A DNA stretch of 64,000 bases from Nematostella vectensis (lineage: Eukaryota): positions 1,689,027 to 1,753,026 of the forward strand of contig NC_064047.1 in NCBI RefSeq assembly GCF_932526225.1. The letters are read 5' to 3'. This document shows positions 60,636 to 64,000 of this stretch, in pieces; the stretch's first letter is position 1; every line of letters starts with the position of its first letter. The notes below the pieces were generated by a model. The model was not told the DNA's origin, ran no database searches, and saw nothing but the letters and a program-made list of their open reading frames with translations. A program made the translations under genes and the position numbers.

Positions 60636-61452
60636 CTGCAAGATAACAAAAACATATTAATCATCTACGCAAACAAATCAAACTCTATATCGAACAAAAT
60701 ATATATCTTTCCATTCTGTAGGCATCCAGCGCTTTCTCGTTCGGGCACGCGACGATCGAGAGAACTCTCTGGGACCGCGGGCAAAGGCTGCTGGGTCTTC
60801 GAGCATGTCTCTTAATGGTTCGTGCTTCAGGCGCGTACACAGGGGGTTGCGCAGGGTGCGCGCGGCTTAAGCCTGGTTCCCACGCCATTATTGTAATCAT
60901 GAGAAGTGAAGGGTGCAAATGCGCACTAGCAACAAAACGCCTGCAGGTGCTCTGAACAGCGGGATTGCTACAAAATGGCGCACGTTTACTGATCGAATTG
61001 TTCGCATCCTCACGTTTACGACTATGATTTTACCATTCACACGTATGGTATATATATATCTGTGTATGTGCACCGAAAACGGTACATCACACCAATAATT
61101 ATCAGATCTTTTTACCTCTGAAAAATGTGTAGCAGAAAGGAAAAGAAAGTTTGGATAAAAATGCAGCCTTTTAAGGGGCCTAAAGGAACGTAAGGAGCAT
61201 AAAGGATACTAACAGAAGATGGAATAAATCTTCTAATTCGCATCTATTTTGTCATCCTCGAGAACCAAGGGCGTAAAGGAGACCCCCTCCCCTCCACCGG
61301 ACTTGTTCCGCCTCGTTCTCGTGCCTCGTTTACCTTTCTACCATCCCAGAGCGTTGCGTGACCGACTGCTGCGCGGGAGACCGACTGGCTGCGCGGGAGA
61401 CAAGAACAAGGACTGCGCTTCAAAAACCGTAAAAAAAAATTGATTATCTTAC

Positions 61453-61557
61453 CCCAGGCATGTTCTGTTTCTCGTAGAGATCCACTGTCTGGAACATGTC
61501 GGTTTTAGGAACACCAATCGTGTCACAGAATTCCAGGAATTTTCCAGTATTCTCCAT
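61453..61557 (-). CDS. Transgelin-like paralog exon 4' (MENTGKFLEFCDTIGVPKTDMFQTVDLYEKQNMPG)
   Basis: Minus-strand gttcacag|atg ... cctggg|gtaaga. ORF track 61444..61758. Confidence 0.8.
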
Positions 61558-61760
61558 CTGTGAACAACAAGTCAAAAGGCAGTCAAAGTCCCCCCCCAAA
61601 AAAAAACTAAAACACATCGTTCGACTGTTAAATATCTGCATATTCTGGTGTTTAGTGATCAAAATGGTAAAAATGTGAGAAAGAGAAAATACGGCCCCTT
61701 TGCCTTCGATACCCACTAAAGTAGATCTGAAGAATATATTGTATCGCGATGGTTGCATAC

Positions 61761-61821
61761 CATCTTGAAGGCCATCTTTGAACTGTTAATCTTGATGTTT
61801 CCTCCAAGTTTATTAGCAACC
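61761..61821 (-). CDS. Transgelin-like paralog exon 3' (VANKLGGNIKINSSKMAFKM)
   Basis: Minus-strand tttttttcag|g ... aagatg|gtatgc, 61 nt. Confidence 0.75.
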
Positions 61822-62151
61822 CTGAAAAAAAAACGTTTGTGAATGAGACACTTTTTTGAAGGGGAGTGTGTTGGTGGAGAACCCACCTTTTTTTTCTCTA
61901 GCTAGCTACAACCATCTTTTCCATATGTACACAGGTATTCCAGGTCTTTTCCCCATCACACACCCTCCCCAGGGCCTTTGCAGGGGGTGGGGCACTGGGG
62001 GCACGTGCAACACCCAACATTAAGGAAATAGCCAGTAGGGCGTGGCCGTGCCCCAGAATATTTTTTTAATTCTTCTGTATAGTCACACCCCCAACCCCCC
62101 TTATTTCGAGGCCTGTTAAGGCATTGCTCCCCGCTAATATCCACTACATAC

Positions 62152-62291
62152 CTACAGAGAACTTGCCCATCCTTCAAAACCTCGTGCACGTCGTCAGCAC
62201 CAGTCTTCCCTCCAAAAACACGTTCACCCAGAATCCCTTCAATCCACGCTGTTGCTTGTGCTGCCAGGTCTGAGTCGTACTTGGCATCTCT
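62152..62291 (-). CDS. Transgelin-like paralog (minus strand) exon 2' (RDAKYDSDLAAQATAWIEGILGERVFGGKTGADDVHEVLKDGQVLCR)
   Basis: Minus-strand acceptor ctcaatag|aga, donor tgtag|gtatgt. 140 nt and phase 0-2, identical architecture to the plus-strand exon 2. ORF track 61956..62189 covers part of it. Confidence 0.75.
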
Positions 62292-64000
62292 CTATTGAGA
62301 CACATGGTGAGTCAGGGGTTTGGGTATAGAATATAAACCTAATCTCTTCACCAGGCAACTATCTTGTACTCTTCGATGTTCGGGTTTTCTGTGGCAAAGC
62401 GATGATCGGGAGGAGATGGGTATGAGCGTCTCCCATCCCCAAGCCCCCCCCACCCCCCTCAATTTGTCTGATAATCGATACTGACAAATTTCCGTCCATC
62501 CAATTTATCATTTACAACGATCATTGCCAATAATTTGGGGAATCATCCTCAGGGAATCAGGGCGACGCGAAGACCGGAAGCGAACGTACGAGCGAAGACA
62601 AAGGCGTCTTTTCGTCCTCTTTCTTTCGCGCACGCTTCCTGTATCCCCGATCTCTGCAACGCCCTGGGTCCCCGAGGATGTTTGGGAATATGATGTATTT
62701 TTGGGAAAGGTTTTTCTGAAAACTGAAAACGCTGGAAATTCGACATTGAAAAAAGAAAATAAGAATAAATAATATCTATACTCGATAAAAAATCAACAAA
62801 ATCAGTTTACTCGTACCAAGTTCCTTTATCGACATCAATCCCATACAATTTGCTTTGAATTTTCATTGATTAATAGCGACTATCGATTCTAATGAATTAA
62901 TATGCGGAGCAGTAGCGAACTTAATCTGTTTCAATATCACAGTAATTCAAACACATCCTACAATCAAAACTGGCTCATTCCTAATCCTAAAACAATAGAC
63001 TATCTGCGGACGTTTTGAAGCCATTGACATGTCGAGGAGACGCTCCATGTTACCATGGCAACCATTTTTTTCACACATTAGTTTCCCAAAAACTAAAAAG
63101 TAGTGAATTTTTCATATTTTAGTCCTGTTTTCATATTTAAACTTTATAAGTTTGTTTAGGTGACAAGTTTTACAACAGCGCTAGAATGTTTTTACCTTCG
63201 ATATTTGGGGGAGGGGTGGGTAAATTCTGCTCTCTCAGCTGTTGTTAAAAATGTCACTAGATTTATTTTTTTCTGGTTTCTTAGCCATTATTTAACATGC
63301 AAACCGCATTTTCAGATAGATAAATCGATTATTTTTTCAGAATATTCAATTTTATAAATAAAAGTCATTTTCAGACAATCAGGGACAAATTACTTAGGGA
63401 CACAACGGTTTTGCGCACGTAGAACACGGGTGCGCGCATCTTAAGATCGGAACCTACTCTGTTCCTGTCTATAAGCCCCCCATTCAATGTCGTTCGGAAA
63501 TCAACTTTCCCTACAATTCAATATATATTTCCACTATTGATCAATACTATGAGCATAAATACATATTTTTTTCTGTAATAATTCCAGAAGAAGAATACAA
63601 GATGGCGTACCCAAGATGTCAAAAAATTCTTACAAAAAATGATAATAAACATTTTATGGGCTTTTTGCACCGTAAAGCCGTAAAAAGGTTGATTCTGACA
63701 TATCTGAATGATGCACGATGATTTCAACTCGATATCTGATAATTTAGGCAATATTTGAAAGAATAGCTAAACAAACGTATTTATGACGTCATTGCGACGT
63801 CATAATTATTCGACAACACCCAAGATTTTAAGTTTGATGGTCATAGCCTAAGCGGTTCATGAAATACGGAGGGTGGGCCTTTTGTTAATTTAGTGTGATC
63901 CCTGAAGCGCGAACGCGTGCACAGTGTTGATTTTAATTGTCGATTGCTAAACCGTATATTGTAGTTTTAACTATGTCCTGTGTTTTGATTTGCGGCATGA

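Noticed and set aside
62816-62866. Candidate first exon for the minus-strand transgelin paralog (ATGAAAATTCAAAGC..., MKIQSKLYGIDVDKGTW, 51 nt)
   Set aside because: The only GT after it sits at tg|gtacga, which makes the exon 50 nt (phase 2). Joining that to the phase-0 acceptor at 62291 creates TGA. Composition is similar, but the splice and phase logic fails.

Overview
This window reads as metazoan nuclear DNA, with invertebrate-style compact genes and GT-AG introns, and it is unusually rich in minisatellites and small TIR/MITE elements. I see no prokaryotic signatures, no CRISPR arrays and no rRNA genes. I resolved seven protein-coding loci by reading splice sites and phases directly. (1) The 3' end of a TRPA-type cation channel, + strand, 1-1288: S5/pore/S6 region plus C-terminal coiled coil, 3 exons. 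(2) A REPS1 ortholog (RalBP1-associated Eps-domain protein), + strand, 7494-20417, 17 coding exons, about 998 aa. It has one EH domain, a proline-rich middle and a C-terminal coiled coil. (3) A tandem pair of degenerate tRNA-Asn(GTT)-like pseudogenes at 22421-22624. (4) An SLC16/monocarboxylate-transporter gene, - strand, 23395-28472, 4 exons, about 497 aa. (5) NudC, - strand, 31911-38411, 12 coding exons, about 317 aa. It lies head-to-head, about 255 bp between ATGs, with (6) an F-box/WD40 gene, + strand, 38667-40673, 2 exons, 454 aa, FBXW9-like. (7) A transgelin/calponin-like (SM22/Mp20 family) gene, + strand, 42934-53113, with an inverted paralog on the - strand at 59853-62291 whose first exon I could not find. 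The most interesting structure is the transgelin locus: two alternative 51-nt first exons, three copies of the terminal calponin-repeat exon (one truncated), and two tandem arrays of E-box composite motifs. A recurrent pattern also stands out: at least four intronic minisatellites are tandem duplications of an exon-intron junction and carry pseudo splice sites. Other features are a 1.5-kb TIR element in NudC intron 1, a roughly 2-kb foldback element with an internal 15-bp minisatellite, several MITEs, and more than ten homopolymer G/C tracts of 20-30 nt. The ORF track uses alternative start codons (I checked several), so its 'M' is often not an ATG. Coordinates come from manual counting and could be off by a base or two in places.
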